Assembly: GCA_018398765.1 (NCBI GenBank)
Contig: JAHBMJ010000029.1
Span: forward strand, 1 to 59,054
Reading direction: 5' to 3'
Source: Chromera velia
Taxonomy: Eukaryota
DNA: 59,054 bases
Shown here: positions 1 to 13,928 of the stretch, in pieces
Numbering within the stretch: position 1 is the first letter of the stretch
How the letters are laid out: the number at the start of each line of letters is the position of its first letter
The notes under the pieces: model-generated
Seen by the model: the letters and a program-made list of their open reading frames with translations, nothing else
The model's database searches: none
Told to the model about the DNA's origin: nothing
Translations under genes and position numbers: made by a program

Positions 1-1784
1 TCACTCGCTCCTTCTGTTTTCCGTTTCGCTCTCCCTTCATGGAGGGGGGCCAAAAGACAACCGTTATGGCATAAACACTCCCTCTCTACCGTGATGGAGG
101 GGGAGCAAGACGAAGAAAGACTCCATAGAGTGAGTGAGTGAGGTGCAGAGATCGACAAGAGATCAAAAACGAAAAAATAACACAGAAAAGACGGCCTAAA
201 CGGAACGGAATGAGAAGCATCGAAGAGAACTTGCGTGCTGCAGTTCTTCTTTCGCCCTCTCTTTTATCTCTCCCTTTCCCGTCTCTTTCATCCTGTACTA
301 CCCTCTATTTCTGCCTTTTTCCTCCTGCTGCTTCCCCCTCGCTTTCAAATCAAGTCAAGGAAGGAAGGAAAACATCATTGTCTTCCTCGCTTTTGTGACG
401 CAGAGTCTTCTCTCAACCCCTTTCTGAGCTGTGCGGCGTTGAAGGAAGGGCTGAAGAGCTCACGTGCATCTGATCTCTCTTTTGCATGCGTGAGGGCTTG
501 GGGTTTGCGGAGGGAGGGGTTCAGTTCAGGTCGGGGGGTTCGCGCATCTGATATGCTGAAATGGAGATAGGCGAGGAGCCGTACAGTCTGCCACTGTGCC
601 CGCGGGTGGGTGGCTTGACGTGTCGGCGTCTTCGGTCGTTAGTTCGCTCTCTCTCAAAGAAGAGGGGGCATGCATTGCTGAAGTTGCTTTTTTTTTTCCC
701 TGCATGCACACTACCGACAGAAAGGAGAATCAAGAAGAAGCCTCTCACTCGTGCTCTGTGCTTTCCATTTCGCCCCCTCTCCATGGAGGGGGGCCGAGAG
801 ATAATGGCATAAATGTTCCCTCCCTGTCTATCTTGATAGAGAAGGGGCAAGACGAAGAGGGCCTCGAGAGAGCGAGGTGCAGAGGCAGCAGGTCAGGGAA
901 AGGAGATGGCAGAAAGGAATTCATCGCGAAACGAAAGGAACAGCAAGCCTCGAAGTGAACTTGAGTGCGAATTTTATCGATGAGGGAAGGTGTCACGATC
1001 CGAAGCCGCGGGTTGAGAGCAGGATGTCACTGCGGTGTCTCCTCTCCTTAATTCGCCTGCACAAAAAAGCAAGCGCATGAGCCAGAGTAAAGAAAAAGCC
1101 AGACAGAACAGAGGGGAGAGAATGCGAAAAGAGGGGAGAGAACAAAAGAGCACACTTCCGCTACGGAGGTTTGACAGGTCTTAGCTTGGGCCTGTCTCTT
1201 TCTTGCTGTCTCCCTTTTCTCTTTTCTTCTGAGGGCCTTTCCGCTCTTCGGGGTGGAAGGGCATCGGTTTTTCTTTTGGCCTGGCGTGTACAAGTTTGAG
1301 GCCTGAACTTGAATCGCGAAACGATACACTGAGTTGTACTGATTAGAAGTTTACCATCGGGCATTTACGTTTATATAGGTTTGTATGCACTTACGTTTAG
1401 AGCAATCTTTGCATGATACTTTGCATGCCATGTGACGTTGTTGCTGTAGCTACTGCCAAGCTGCATGTTTCTGCATCACTACTTGTTCTACTAGTTGTTC
1501 TACTTAGTAGTAATATTTCACTAGGATGATGGTATGGATTAGGATGTGGAGTTCAGTTCTAAAACCAGCCTAGAATCCAGCAATTAATTTTATATCTTTA
1601 GATTCCTAAGCCACTACCACTGTCTGCCAGTGGAATTGATTGATTGATCGCAAGTTGACTCACCATTTTTTATATTTTACAACTTATAAATCGACCGCGA
1701 TGGTTTGGCGTGACTCAAAAATTCTCAATCACCTATCGGCTCTCCATGCCTTTCCACAACTGTGCCTTATCCATTAGGAACAGC

Positions 1785-1785
<1 letters not shown>

Positions 1786-1825
<40 letters not shown>

Positions 1826-1853
1826 AATTGATTGATTGATTGATTGATTGATT
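1786..1853. repeat. (GATT)n microsatellite in an AT-rich intergenic island
   Basis: Visible tandem run of gattgatt. Confidence 0.9.
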
Positions 1854-3133
1854 ACATGTTATGGTATGCTAGAAATTAAAGGCTAATTTAAAGCTTTATT
1901 GCTAGCTTTATTGAGGTATAATTTGACGGCTTTAGAGATAACTATAATTGTTTTTTTAGCTAAAGTCACTATAGTAAAGTGCCATATTTTGAATATAAAC
2001 AAAAATAGAAAACACTTGTGATTGTATAAAAGTCATTTAGACTTGTATGTACACCAATCCTGTAGGGTTACACAATCACTTTTTTCAAAATATTTTGTTA
2101 CACATTGTTTTGTTACATATTTTAATAAAGTTTTGATAAATAAATTAGTACACACTTTAGTGTGCAGTAATTTAAACTATCACTTTTAGTAATGTATCAA
2201 ACATACACTTTAGTGCATGTGCATTCATTCAACTTAAAACTATCACTTTTAAGAATGCATTATTACACACTTTAGTGTGTATTAAACTATTAATTCCACG
2301 TTTCATCTTCGTCGTCTTCTTCTTCTTCAAGGCGGTTTGAGGGTACTTCTTTGGGAGCCATGGTGTCGTCAGCAACGCAGCACAGAGAACTTTTGAGCAC
2401 TGGAGGTAGGGGTAAAAAGAGTAGAGACGGGGGCAGGGGGGATACCATGAGAGAGATGGTGGATTTGTCTAGAATTATTGCACACTAATTGTTACACATT
2501 TTTACGTGTAACAACGGGGGGGTCACTTTATGTAACACTACAGAATTGGTGTACTCGTATGGAGTGCAAGGCCCCGGTCTTTTTAGGCTCTAATTAAGAT
2601 AAAATAAGATAAAGAAAAACTTGAGCAAACATTTTTTTTTTTTCCCTATCTAGCTCTCGATCTACAGTTACGCGGCATGTGCGATGCTTCGCAGGCCTAG
2701 CAAACCTAGGGTTTATAGTAAATTAATAGTATAGCTTTAATTTATTAGCTTATAGAATGACCGATAACTGATGAGCCTGAGGTGGCTTACTAGCAGGCGG
2801 GTAGGTCGAAACATAGAGGAGATAGTAGCTTGAAAGGAGATAGTAGAGGAGCGGTAGCATAACGCTTCATATAGTGATAAATAATTGCTAGGATAATTAA
2901 GTAAATCAAGGGTGTCACGTTTGAGACTAGGTTTAACACGTTAGAAGTGTTATACAAGCTAGGTGCCACACTAGGTGCCACAGCCATTATATAGTGGTGG
3001 CAGTTACTTATTATTAAACATGCACCACCGCTATGGTTAGCGCTATGGTCAGCGCCATCGCCCCGTAAAAAGCATGTGACAAGGCATGTAGAGTTTTTCA
3101 CTTTATGCGTCAGGATCGTTTGAGGGCAGCCTT

Positions 3134-6100
3134 TTAAGCTCTTCTCTCCCTAGCCCCCCTCCCCTGTCTCTCTGGCGCTCTCTCTTGAATGTACTCGTAT
3201 TCTCCAATCGCGTATGAGAGAAGGGCCCGCTGAGGTTCGGTGAGACGCCTTCCGTCAGATACAGACGAGGTAGCTGCTGAAACATGGGACATGGCTGCAT
3301 CAGGTGAGGCAGAACGTTGCGCGTCCACCGAGAGAGAAGAGCGATTAGAAGATGCTGCACGGCCGAGCCTCTGTCTGTCGAAGATAGAGACAACCGGGGG
3401 GGTCTCGGAGTCCGATCGGGAGAGGAAAGGATCAAACGAAAATTCCTCCTCTGCAACACGAAAAAGATGCTCGTGTTCACGTTCTGCTGCTGCTGCTTCA
3501 GACAGCGTCGAACAATCTGAAAAATTGTTCATGTCACCCTGATGGTCACCCCCCAGCCCCCCCCCCAAGGCCAGGCTGTTGGGCTTCGATCCTTCCGAAG
3601 CCCCCTTAGACAAATCCATTTTAAATTTGCTCGGACTGACATTCCTCTCATAGAATTCACTGCTGTTTTTTTCTCCTTTTTGCGGGGGTGCCTGAGCCTC
3701 CCCTGTCTGGCGATCGTCTTCCAATCTGCCCTCCGAGTCCCAACGGGGGGTCCGGGGGCTCTCCTCAAAGAACTTGCAGAGGGAGGCTCCCTCTTCTGCC
3801 TCTTCTTCTTCATCCTCATCCTCACGATCATGATTTACAGCAGCAACTCGGTGGACCGTGTCGTCAGGTCCTTCCCAGACTTGTGAGAACAGATCAAGCT
3901 CCCCGTCTTCTGCAAACTCTGCGGCCTCAACCCTCGTCCCCCGCCCCGATGATGTTGTCATGCTCTCATCTCCCTGGTCCCCTTCTCCGCCCCCCTTCAA
4001 TTCTGCTATCGCTTGGTCTTCGCTCGGCAGTGCCACGGCCTCGCTTTGACGGCTCCTTGCATTTCGCCTTCTCCTGAACAAGGAACCGCGATGCCCTTGC
4101 AAGACCGACTCGGAGGAAGTGACAGCCAGGGCAGAAGAAGACGACTGCCTGGAGGGTTTGTGGGAATCTCCCGAGTCATTTATGAGCTGAGGAGAGAGAA
4201 CGCGTCGCCTCAATCGTGGAGGCATCCTGACAATCAGCGGAGGGGCTGAGAGTTGACTGTCCTTCGAGGCTGATGAAACAGAAAGAGAGGCCTTTTGGAG
4301 CTCTGACAAACTTCTGGAAGAAGCGGACGGAATTTCCAATTCTATTTCTTCATTCTCGATCTCCTCTTTCCGCCCCTCTGCTTCAGTAGAACTCTCCCCT
4401 CTTCTGTCCCTCACGCCCCCTGGAAAAAATCTTGAAAGGCGCGAACGGTTGGGGGATCTGCGCCCTCTCAGATGGGGGGTGCTCCTCTGGACCTCTGAAG
4501 GCCCCCCACGCTGCCCCTTTCCAGGTGTCCCGGCATCCTCCATTGCCCCCTTCAGGTTGTGGAGGGCCCGTGCGAGAGACGGGGCCCTGGAGGACCCAGC
4601 CACGTCCTCAAACCCATCCCCCACATCGAGACCCGGAAAGTCGGGGAGAGACGCAGGGGCTCGGGGAGCCTGCGTGTCAGTCAGTCCACATCAGAAACAC
4701 AAAGATTCAACAAAAAGCCTCAAAGAAAGCTAGAATGCAGGGGACTTTAGGACAGCTAGGCACAATTAATGCAGCGGTAAGATCAGACATGCATCCAGCC
4801 TGCCAACCCACGAGCGTACTGACCAACTGACTAAGTGACCAGCTGAGTTCCTCTGTGCTTGAACATCTGACGTAGACACTCCACGCAGGCTTTTGTGCAC
4901 ACGTCTGTCTGATTCACTGACTCATTTGCAGACCCCACATCCTGCACATGCACCCGGCCACATCGTTCTTACTGACCGGTGCCTGCAGAGCTCTGAGGAC
5001 CTTCTGCTTCAAGAAGGAAGCACGTCGACCTTCGTTGTCCTCACCGAGATGCTGTACGGACTCAAGTGAGACACGGTGTATTCATAACGCAATTGAGTAC
5101 AGAAACAAGTCGAGGCCAGAGGGCGCACCGCCGAGAGAAACAGCGTATGACAGAGAAAAACAAAATGGTCCTTTTCAGGATTTGCCGGAAAAGACGACGG
5201 AGAAGGAAAGAACAGAAGAATACAAAGGAGAGTGTCATGGAGGCAGGCAGGCAGAAGTCCCATTACATCAGATCGGATCTGGACTTCGCGCTTTCCTTGC
5301 AGACGATATGCGGAAAAGCGGCTTCAACAACTGATCACTCATTGCACAGGCTCCGTGTGCACTTCGAAGCCTCGAGGTGGACAACTCACCCCGTCTCTTA
5401 TTCTGTCACCTAGCTATCTGGCCATCCCAGCGAACAGCAAGCCAGAGAGGAAGACATGAACCCATGCATGTACCTCCTACCGCCTGCCTGCACCCACCCA
5501 CCTTCCACGTGTTTATCCAAAGATTCACGGTCCTCACTCTCCTCCACTTAAGCTGACGGTCTCTGAGGACAGTTGACCCAAGGGGCTCGTTCGTCGTTCT
5601 GCAGAAGAGAAGAGAAAAGAAGAAAAGAGAACAGAAAAGAACAACAGAGAAGAAGAGAAAACAGCCATGCATACGCGTGCGGGGGCGCGGCGCTTGCTGT
5701 GCTCGTAAAGTCGGAAGGCAAACAAAATGCGATCGAGGGACCTGGAACTCGGGAGGCAGGCATGGGATCAAGAAAAAAGCAGGACGAAAAAACAAGCGAA
5801 AAGCAGTTTTTGAATTCGAATGAGGTACATATTTCTTTTTTCTCCCTTCCCTTCCCTTCTCCCCTTCCCGACCTGTGTAGTGACAAAGGAGTATGGCACA
5901 ACACGGCGACCCGTGTACCCTCCCGAGTCTCAACCAGGACGTCTACGAGGAACCCCTCGAGGTCAAACTTCTCTCTCACTGTCAAGGATGGGCCATCAGC
6001 AGCACTGACTTTATCCTCATCGCATGCTGGCCACCCGGCGTCTTCAAAAGAAGTTCGCAGAACTGCAGTCAAGTCAAGCAGCGAAGAGGAAACTGCTGAA

Positions 6101-7175
6101 TGTACATATGGAAATCACGGGCAACGGAGACAATATCATGTACAAGCGGGTACACGACACAACCCGTAAAGAGACCAACCAGTCTCTGTCTGCATTCTCT
6201 GACCCCCATTTTGAAAGAATGAAGGCCGACTGACCAGAAGCCACCTGCTGAGCGAATTCCAGAGGGTGCTCAGCTTCCTGAATTGCCCAGAACCCCTCCC
6301 TCGCATACCCCTTGTATCTCTCAAGTATCGCCTTGTGAGGGGAAAGCGACAACTCCCTGTGCACTGCAAAGTAAATTGATGAATGTGACAGCGAATGGAG
6401 TCTAGCTTAGTCAGTGTCAAGGTCGTCCATTTAGGATTGTCCAGGATTGGCTGCTCAACCCTCGCTTCGGCTGACTTGTTTTGGAGCGGATAAAAAGAAG
6501 AAAAAAGAGACAGACAACACAAAACAACTCTAGACGAGACTCCGTTTTGCACACCCTCCTCCTGGCTAGGCACGCATGCAGGAATGCAGACAACCTCCTT
6601 AAGGTTCATTCTCCATATGCACTGAACCTCTAAGAGAGTAGCATCAGCAAGTCATTGATCCCCGCCCACCTCTCTCAAGTTCGCAAAGTGCAGGAAACAA
6701 GAGACCGCACCGGAAATCCCCAGAGATCGCTGGGGGAGGGAGGGCGGTAAGAAGGGCCTGCAGGGAAAAGGAGGAGGGACAATGGATCGTTGTACTCCAA
6801 TCAACAGGAAACTTTTGATAGAAGAGAGAGAGGGGCTCGAAATGCGCAAGGCAGGGGAAAGCAGCAAAGGCACAGAAAAAAAGGGAGGAAACCTTACCGA
6901 AAGGGCCCAAAAAAGTGTGTCTGAGGAAAGGACAGGAAAGGAAAGGAAAGAAGGAGTAACAGAGAGACAGAAAGAGAGAGAGGTCATGAAGACAACCCAA
7001 AGCCCTCCCTCTCTACTGACGGCCCAGAAAGTTTGGTCGAAAAAACGCATCACCGCATACGCCCAACAGATCCCGCACAATCCTGAAACCAAGAAAAAGA
7101 CATGCAGAAACCCGAAAGGGATCAATGTGGCCAGCCAACGAGTGGCTGACTCACTGACTGACCAACAGACTGAAG

Positions 7176-7252
<77 letters not shown>

Positions 7253-9523
7253 GGTAACGGTCAGGTGGACCGAAGGAAAAATCAGAGAGGACGCTTGAAG
7301 AGGACACAACAGCAGAAGAGAATCGGAAAGGAGCATAGAAAAGAAAACATTTCCTGAGATGCCACAGAAGGAAAAGGAGATCGTCGGGAGAACGTACTAG
7401 ATACAAGGCCAACTGACAGCATGATCTTTAGGAGTGCAGTTCTCGTGAGAGATGGGGGCGGGGGTGTGAAGGCGAAATCCGAAAGGCAAGAGAGGATACA
7501 TGTAAGAATGCAAAGCTTTGTAAAGTAGAAAAATGGTGAACTAAGTGAAAGATAAACTGGCAGACAGACAGACTTACTGTACGGGGTGAACTGGTGAATC
7601 CTTTGCAAGACGTCTGTTTGGGAGTGGATGAACAGTTTCATTCCTGCTCTGAAGGTTCCGAATGCCAAAAGAACTTTTCCCAGTTCGACGGGACTGAACG
7701 CATCCTCTCGGAATGCGCACCCTGATTTGTTCGATCCTCCTTGATTCTCCATGGTTGCGGCTTGGGTTTGTTCAGGCGGGGATTCCATCATCGAGAGAGC
7801 TGCTTTTTGGAGAGACGCGAACAGCTGGGGACTCCCAGATCGGACAGAGGCGTAGGAGAGCGCGACCTCGGATAGTTCGTGTGAAGTCAGAGAAGACGAA
7901 CGGCGCATGAGCTCCTGCAGGGAACTTGATGCACTCACGCATTGAAGCGTTACATGCAACCATTCGTATGAAGAGATATGCATTTGTATGAAGAGAGGTG
8001 GCAAAGAAGGAAGCGAAGGAGGGAGAAACGCGAGAGAATAACAGGAGAACCTGAGGGAGAAAGCACGAAGAAAACAAACGAGAGCGAGAGAGACAGACAT
8101 GGAAAGAAGGTGCCCATTCACAGACCTTCTCTGCAAGTTGATGAAAGTCTGTGTCCACTGTAAAGTCATCTGCAAGGTTTCTCCCAAGACTGCGACTCAA
8201 CGCAAGAAGAATGACTGCCAATTCTCTATTACTAGCACTGAACAGACTTTCAGACGCTACCCTCTTCACAGCTCCCCAAAATTCCACGCTTCCAACAAAT
8301 CCAGAGGCAGATGGAAGTTCTCTTCCCAAAGCCCAAGCAAAAGTTGACACAACGTTCAACCCGACAGTTTTCCTTCCCTCTTCCCATCCCCTCTTCAATT
8401 CCTTCAAGACGAGTTTTTCTCCGACCATCAAAAGCTCTGCAAATTCCGGCCTCCCTCTAAGAAGCGTCCCACCCGCCCACACAGCCCTTTCAATATCGGA
8501 AAGCGACAACGTCAGAGACTCTCGCCCTCCTCCCTCCTCTGCCCTCCGTGCCCCCCCCTCACTTCCCTCCTCCTTCTCCGCACCTGCTTTCAACCGCGCA
8601 GTCAGAAGACTCGTGGCCTCCAGAAAGAAGCTATCGTCAAGCGCGGCGTTCGGCCAGCGTGCGTAACACCAGAGAGCCCGACAGAGATCGGAAGGGGCCA
8701 ATTCGTGCAGCCTCATTCGCAGGGGCACAAAGATGGTCTGCAAAGTCTGTACTTGCATGTACCTGCTGCGTGCTGCGCCCATCCCAATACCCACAAGCGC
8801 CTCTGCCCCCATCAAATGCGCTGTCTGCGTACACACTGCAAAGAGTTCATTGCAAAGCACGTCTGTGGTAAACTTTGCTTTTGCAAAACTCTGCACCACT
8901 GTCGCCAACTGCATGGGGGTCATTGTTGGCATCTCTCTCAATACAAACGGTTCAGCAGTTTTGAAAAAATCCTTATCTGGGTATTCCATCCGAGTTAGGG
9001 CTCGAGAAATTCGAACAAGGTCTTCTCCTGTGGCCTGTCCAAGGTCTCTGACAATGTGAGTCATCAGTCGAACAAAAACGGCGTCGTTGAAAAGTTTCCG
9101 TCGGTGCTTTGTCCATCTCCTACTGCTGGGGGAGCTGTAGAAAGTGAAAATTTTGGAAATTCGGGAGAGCAAGAGTGCCCTCTCCCTGAATTTGAAGTCT
9201 CTGCTGTTCTGAGAAAACAATTCCAAACAGGCTTTTATCCGCCCGCATTTTTCTGAGGCGATCTGTTCCTCAAATTTTCCCTCATTGATTGTTTGGGACT
9301 CTCTGGGTATCTCTTTGGAAAATGGGTTCACTGCCAGGCTGTGCGGGGAGACACGAGGAAGTTCCGTCTCCCCCCCCCAGTCTGCTGTCTCACTCGGGAT
9401 GGAGGCCGTGAGAGCACGGGAGGAATACGCACACACACAGCGCTGCGGCCTCGACATCAGGACGCACGAGGGTCCAGCCTGGTGTGAAGCCAGACGCGTC
9501 GTCCTCAGGGGAACTCGACGCAT
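3134..9523 (-). CDS. Multi-exon RAP-domain / helical-repeat (HPR/OPR/FASTK-like) organellar RNA-binding protein with a long low-complexity C-terminal extension
   Basis: ATG at 9523 begins an Arg/Ser-rich presequence-like N-terminus (MRRVPLRTTRLASH). Helical repeats include MTPMQLATVVQSFAK, LAPSDLCRALWCYAR and FTPYRLCGICWAYAV. The RAP-like segment reads FDLEGFLVDVLVETREGTRVAVLCH...PLGSTVLRDRQLKWRRVRTVNLWINTWK|HLGEDNEGRRASFLKQKV. Exons include 9523-8126, 7914-7578, 5051-4977 and a last exon 4669-3134, joined by phase-compatible GT-AG introns. Some internal exon boundaries are approximate. Confidence 0.8.
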
Positions 9524-10212
9524 CAGGCAGGCAGGCAGAGAGAGGTGAAATCGATCCACAGAACTAGCAGACTGGTAGAGCGGAAGTGACAATTCTTCTT
9601 ACCCACACTGGTCTGCAGGGCTGACGCTCAAGTTGTCCACTCGATTTCTGTGGCACATTAACCCCTGTCGAGCATGTCTTGCAGGTCTGTACCGACAGTC
9701 TGAAAGTGTCTGGTCCGATTGAGCCGATTCAATGACCCCCTGCCTTCTATATATACGTTCAGAGACGGCATGCATTGAGACGCGGGAGACGGCGAATTGT
9801 GCATGGATCGCATGTAGACGGACGGATATCGAACGGATCGGGTGATTGGACTGACGTACTAATGGATCAAGAATGACTGAGACTTACACACCAGAGGGCA
9901 CTGGACATAGCCTACGAGTCAGAGGGCTGCTGACCTCAGGCACGTAGCATTTGTGATTCAGGATTGGATATTTCTGAGCTGGCCGAGGCAAAAAAGCTCG
10001 GCGTTTGCGCGAGACTCATCGAACTTTGAGCCGAGCCTCTTTCACACTTTCTTTCTTACCCCTCCCCCCCCTGAGGCCGGAACGCTCAAAGTGCATACAC
10101 TGGGTGTGTGCAAGCACGAAAAGGTGTTCGGTCTTTCAAGGAAGAGCAGCTGAATTAAGCTGCGGAGTCTGGAGACGGGAGCACCAAACACGAGGTAGGA
10201 GACGGAGACGGG

Positions 10213-10440
10213 ATGGCTCCCGACAACACGTTCATTTTTGACTTCTGGAGGACTTTCGTCGAGAAGTACGCCTTTTACTTTGGGTGCTTCATAGTCTTTG
10301 TGATCCTGTCCCAGCTTTTCCTTGACTACAACTTGTGGCACCAGGCAAAGAGGAAGGAGATAGCGGCAGAACAGAAGAATAAGACAGAGCCAACACCTCC
10401 GGATGAGCCTGTGAAGAAAGAGGGCAAGAAGACGTCGTGA
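10213..10440 (+). CDS. 75-aa single-pass membrane microprotein of unknown function
   Basis: ATG-initiated ORF with coding-like codon use. It has one hydrophobic segment (YAFYFGCFIVFVILSQLFL) and a charged C-terminal tail, and lies divergent from the RAP gene. Confidence 0.6.
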   Translation: MAPDNTFIFDFWRTFVEKYAFYFGCFIVFVILSQLFLDYNLWHQAKRKEIAAEQKNKTEPTPPDEPVKKEGKKTS

Positions 10441-13400
10441 CGACGACCTCAACAATTTTCGTGGGGGAGAAGAGAGTCTCAAAGAAATCTTCTACTGAAA
10501 GAACAGACTGGCCGGGTTTCTTTTGTACCCCGACAGTGACACACATGCAGTCAGTCTGAGACGCAGAGTCCAGACATTCGTGTGTGTTTGTAACATTGAT
10601 CGTGCCTAAATGAGAAAGGGTGGAGAAATGCAAGTCGCTGCGGAGGTACTCATTGTTCCGCCTGAATCGTTCTCGGGTCGGTCACTGACAATCCATGTCT
10701 CTCAGCTCATTTGCTCTTTTGACTAGTCATTTGACAAGTTCTGATGGCACAACGTATCATGATTGAAAAAGGCACTTCTGGGGCACACGCGGGCTGGAAT
10801 CAAAGATGGTAGACTCCCGCAATTCAATGGCCCCCTTTCCCCCAGATTCGGATGCAAAGAAGGATGAATACCCGATTCGTAACACGAAGAACGGACAACA
10901 TTTCATTCGACTTCACGGTTCCCAACCGGCCTGAAGTTTAAAAGGTTCAAGGCGCCATTGTTGTCGATTTGGGCAGGAGATCGGGCAGGGGACAGGGACG
11001 AATGACACACGCTGATTCGTAAAGAGTACAGGAGATTTTGCATGAGTCCGTCAGAGTTTAAATTTCCGTCAGGGGGCACCCAAATCTATAGACCCAAATT
11101 CTGCGTTTTCATACATGACTTTTCGATCGAGTTGGATTCGTGGGGGATGCCTAGGTCTGAGCAGACTTGGAACCTAGCTTGGAACTGAGCAACTGGAAGT
11201 TGGGTCCATGCAGTACCAGCTCCAGTAGCCTTGCCAGGAGCATTTAGCAGGCCGCTAAGCAGGGTAGAGAAGAGCTAGGAGAAAACTTAAACTCAGAAAC
11301 TAGCTTCGAAAACACTGGCAGGAAATTTGAACTGAAGCTGAGCGATAACCAATTTCTATATAGTATATGCGCGGTTTATTTTAATTTTCAAAATTTTAAG
11401 TGCACAAAGTTTTATATATTATTATAATGAATCAACTAGTTAATCAATCACTAAATCAATCAGTGAATCGCATAATAACCTAGACAATGATAAACACCTT
11501 TAATTACTCAGAAGCTTACGTACATATACTGAAGTTTTAATTTTTTTGAGGCTTATTTCTAGGCTAATTTTTTATAAAATTAATAATGATAAACTTTATA
11601 GCAGCTCTTTAAAGGTTTTCCGTTTTTAATTTTGAATCAGTCACGCGGTCAATCAATCAATCAAACATAGATGCTATACAAAATGCCTTTTATACAACTA
11701 CATACCATAAGCCAATACCTGGCAGTGGACTGCGGGGATTCCCGGAATAAAAAATCCTATCCTATCCTAACATGGCGACAGTGCTCTAGGGCACTACTAA
11801 ATCATTTATCACTTATAAGTTATCACTTAACACATGTAGTCTAGACTCTAGATGACTAGATCAAACATTTCAAGCTATTTAATCAATAAATCAGTCTATC
11901 CATCAGACTTGCTCCTAGCTGGAATTGTGTGCAGTGTTCTTACACAGTTCTATCGATCCACAGGTGTGCCGTCACATCGCGAAAGAAATTCAAAGAATTT
12001 TGAAACGAAGCCTGAGCCATGCATCAATGCATGCACAGCTTACACTGGCACAAAGAGACCGATAGGCTTTTACAGCCTGCATCGACAGCGGCACCATGAA
12101 AGGATCATCTGAACAAAAGAAGGAGTAAGGAGTAGGTCATTGTGAGGAGTTACGGACGACGAAGAGAGATACAGGGACAGACGAAGCAGATCAAGGCATG
12201 CAGTTACCGATTGCCACTGATCGACAAGTGAGGGAACAAAGATACAGGCCTCTCCGTCGTTCATATTCTGAAGCGACTATACGCGTCCATCAAGTGTTCA
12301 TACTTACGAGGAAAAAGCCGGCGAACAAAGAACGAACACGCATACCGAGCAGCCATGCAGCAGCCACCAGAGATCCATGACCTCTGTCTCCTCTCCATCA
12401 ATACAGACCAAAAAACCCCTCCATTAATTCACGAAATTATTATACCGGCACTCCATGACGCGCACATGCAGAGACGCACTCATTCACTCCTGGAATCCAC
12501 TCATGCAGTCGCGGTCAACTTTACAAACACATACAGACACACACGTACGTACGTATCATTCATTCATTCATGCATTGATTCTGCATGTCGTTTTCCAACT
12601 GCATGCTCCGGCCTCTCAGGCTGCACTTGTTTTCTTTCTACTCTCCGCTTCCTCCATCCGACAATGAGTGCAAATACCTGCATGTCTACCTCTGCCAGTG
12701 TAGAAGTTCACCGGAAACAGTAGTCAATTTCTTTCTCCCCTGCCCAGACGGTATTGCGATGTGTGCAGAGGAAGAGAGACAGACAGACAGAATCGTCTTT
12801 TCGTTCCTTTTTCTCTTCCTTTCTGACAGACAGACAGAAAGAGAGAAGCAATCAGTTCAGTTATTCTGCCTTCAGACAGGCAGAGAGGGAGGGAGGAGGC
12901 CCTTCTTCTCACCCTCCCTTCAATACGCACCGATGCCCCCCCCTCTCCTCTCTCTGATGGCGAATCGCCTTAATCAATTGATGTCCTTTGACGGACATTG
13001 ACGGACAGAGACAGCGAGCAGGGGGAGGAAGAAAAGGAGAACTGCTGCATTTAAATAAATGCAGGGAGGGTCAACAAGCCCATGCCGTTGACATGCAACT
13101 AACTTTGCACTAGCTGCTCGGAAGAAGCAGCCGTGTGTTGTCAGTAGACCAACTCCCTCCCTCCTTTATTCCATCGACATCGATCCCTCCCTCCCGAAGA
13201 ACAAAGGGAACCCTGGGCCTGCGTGCGCTTAGTCTATTTTTGTTTCTTTCGTCAATCAATATCCAAAGGCATGGGATGAAAGGAAACGGAAAAGAGGAAG
13301 GAAAGAAGAAAACGGAATTTCAAGAAGCATTTCCGATGATGCATGCAGACAGATTTGGATACAGAAAATAGGTTCGATCTAATAGTCACTGACTGTGTGA

Positions 13401-13891
13401 TCGCGAACTTTTTTCCAATGACTGACTGATGCATCATGCGACGTTTGCATCAGTGAACACGTGAAAAACGCGCACGCTCTCTCGCTTTCTCTGTCTGTCT
13501 GTCTTCACATTTTCAGGAAGTCAGTCTTTTCTTGAACTTCGACCCTTCAGCAGCTCTCCTTCTTTTCTGCGCCTGCTTATCCCTTGAATGGGTCTCTTCT
13601 CTTTTCCCTTCTTTTCTCCTCCGTTTCCTCTCGCCGGACTTCGGGAATGAGTAATAATCCTGTTCGTGGCTCTTTTCTGTTCCGCCCCGTCTTTCTCTCT
13701 CCGCTTTTCCGTCTGTCTAAGCCTCGCTCGCATCTGCCTGATGCCTGAATTAATTAACTTACTCGACCTGCATGTATGCTTCGAAGGAAAAAAGAAAAAG
13801 TCGGTCCTCTCTCTCTGCTACTGAGAAAGAGAGGGAATTGAAACGAGACGAAGTGTATGCAGGACAGAGATCATACGTGTGTGTGTACACA

Positions 13892-13928
<37 letters not shown>

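Noticed and set aside
1..1364. Possible 5' part of a minus-strand gene running off the window
   Set aside because: Splice-like signals exist, but I could not build a convincing coding frame.
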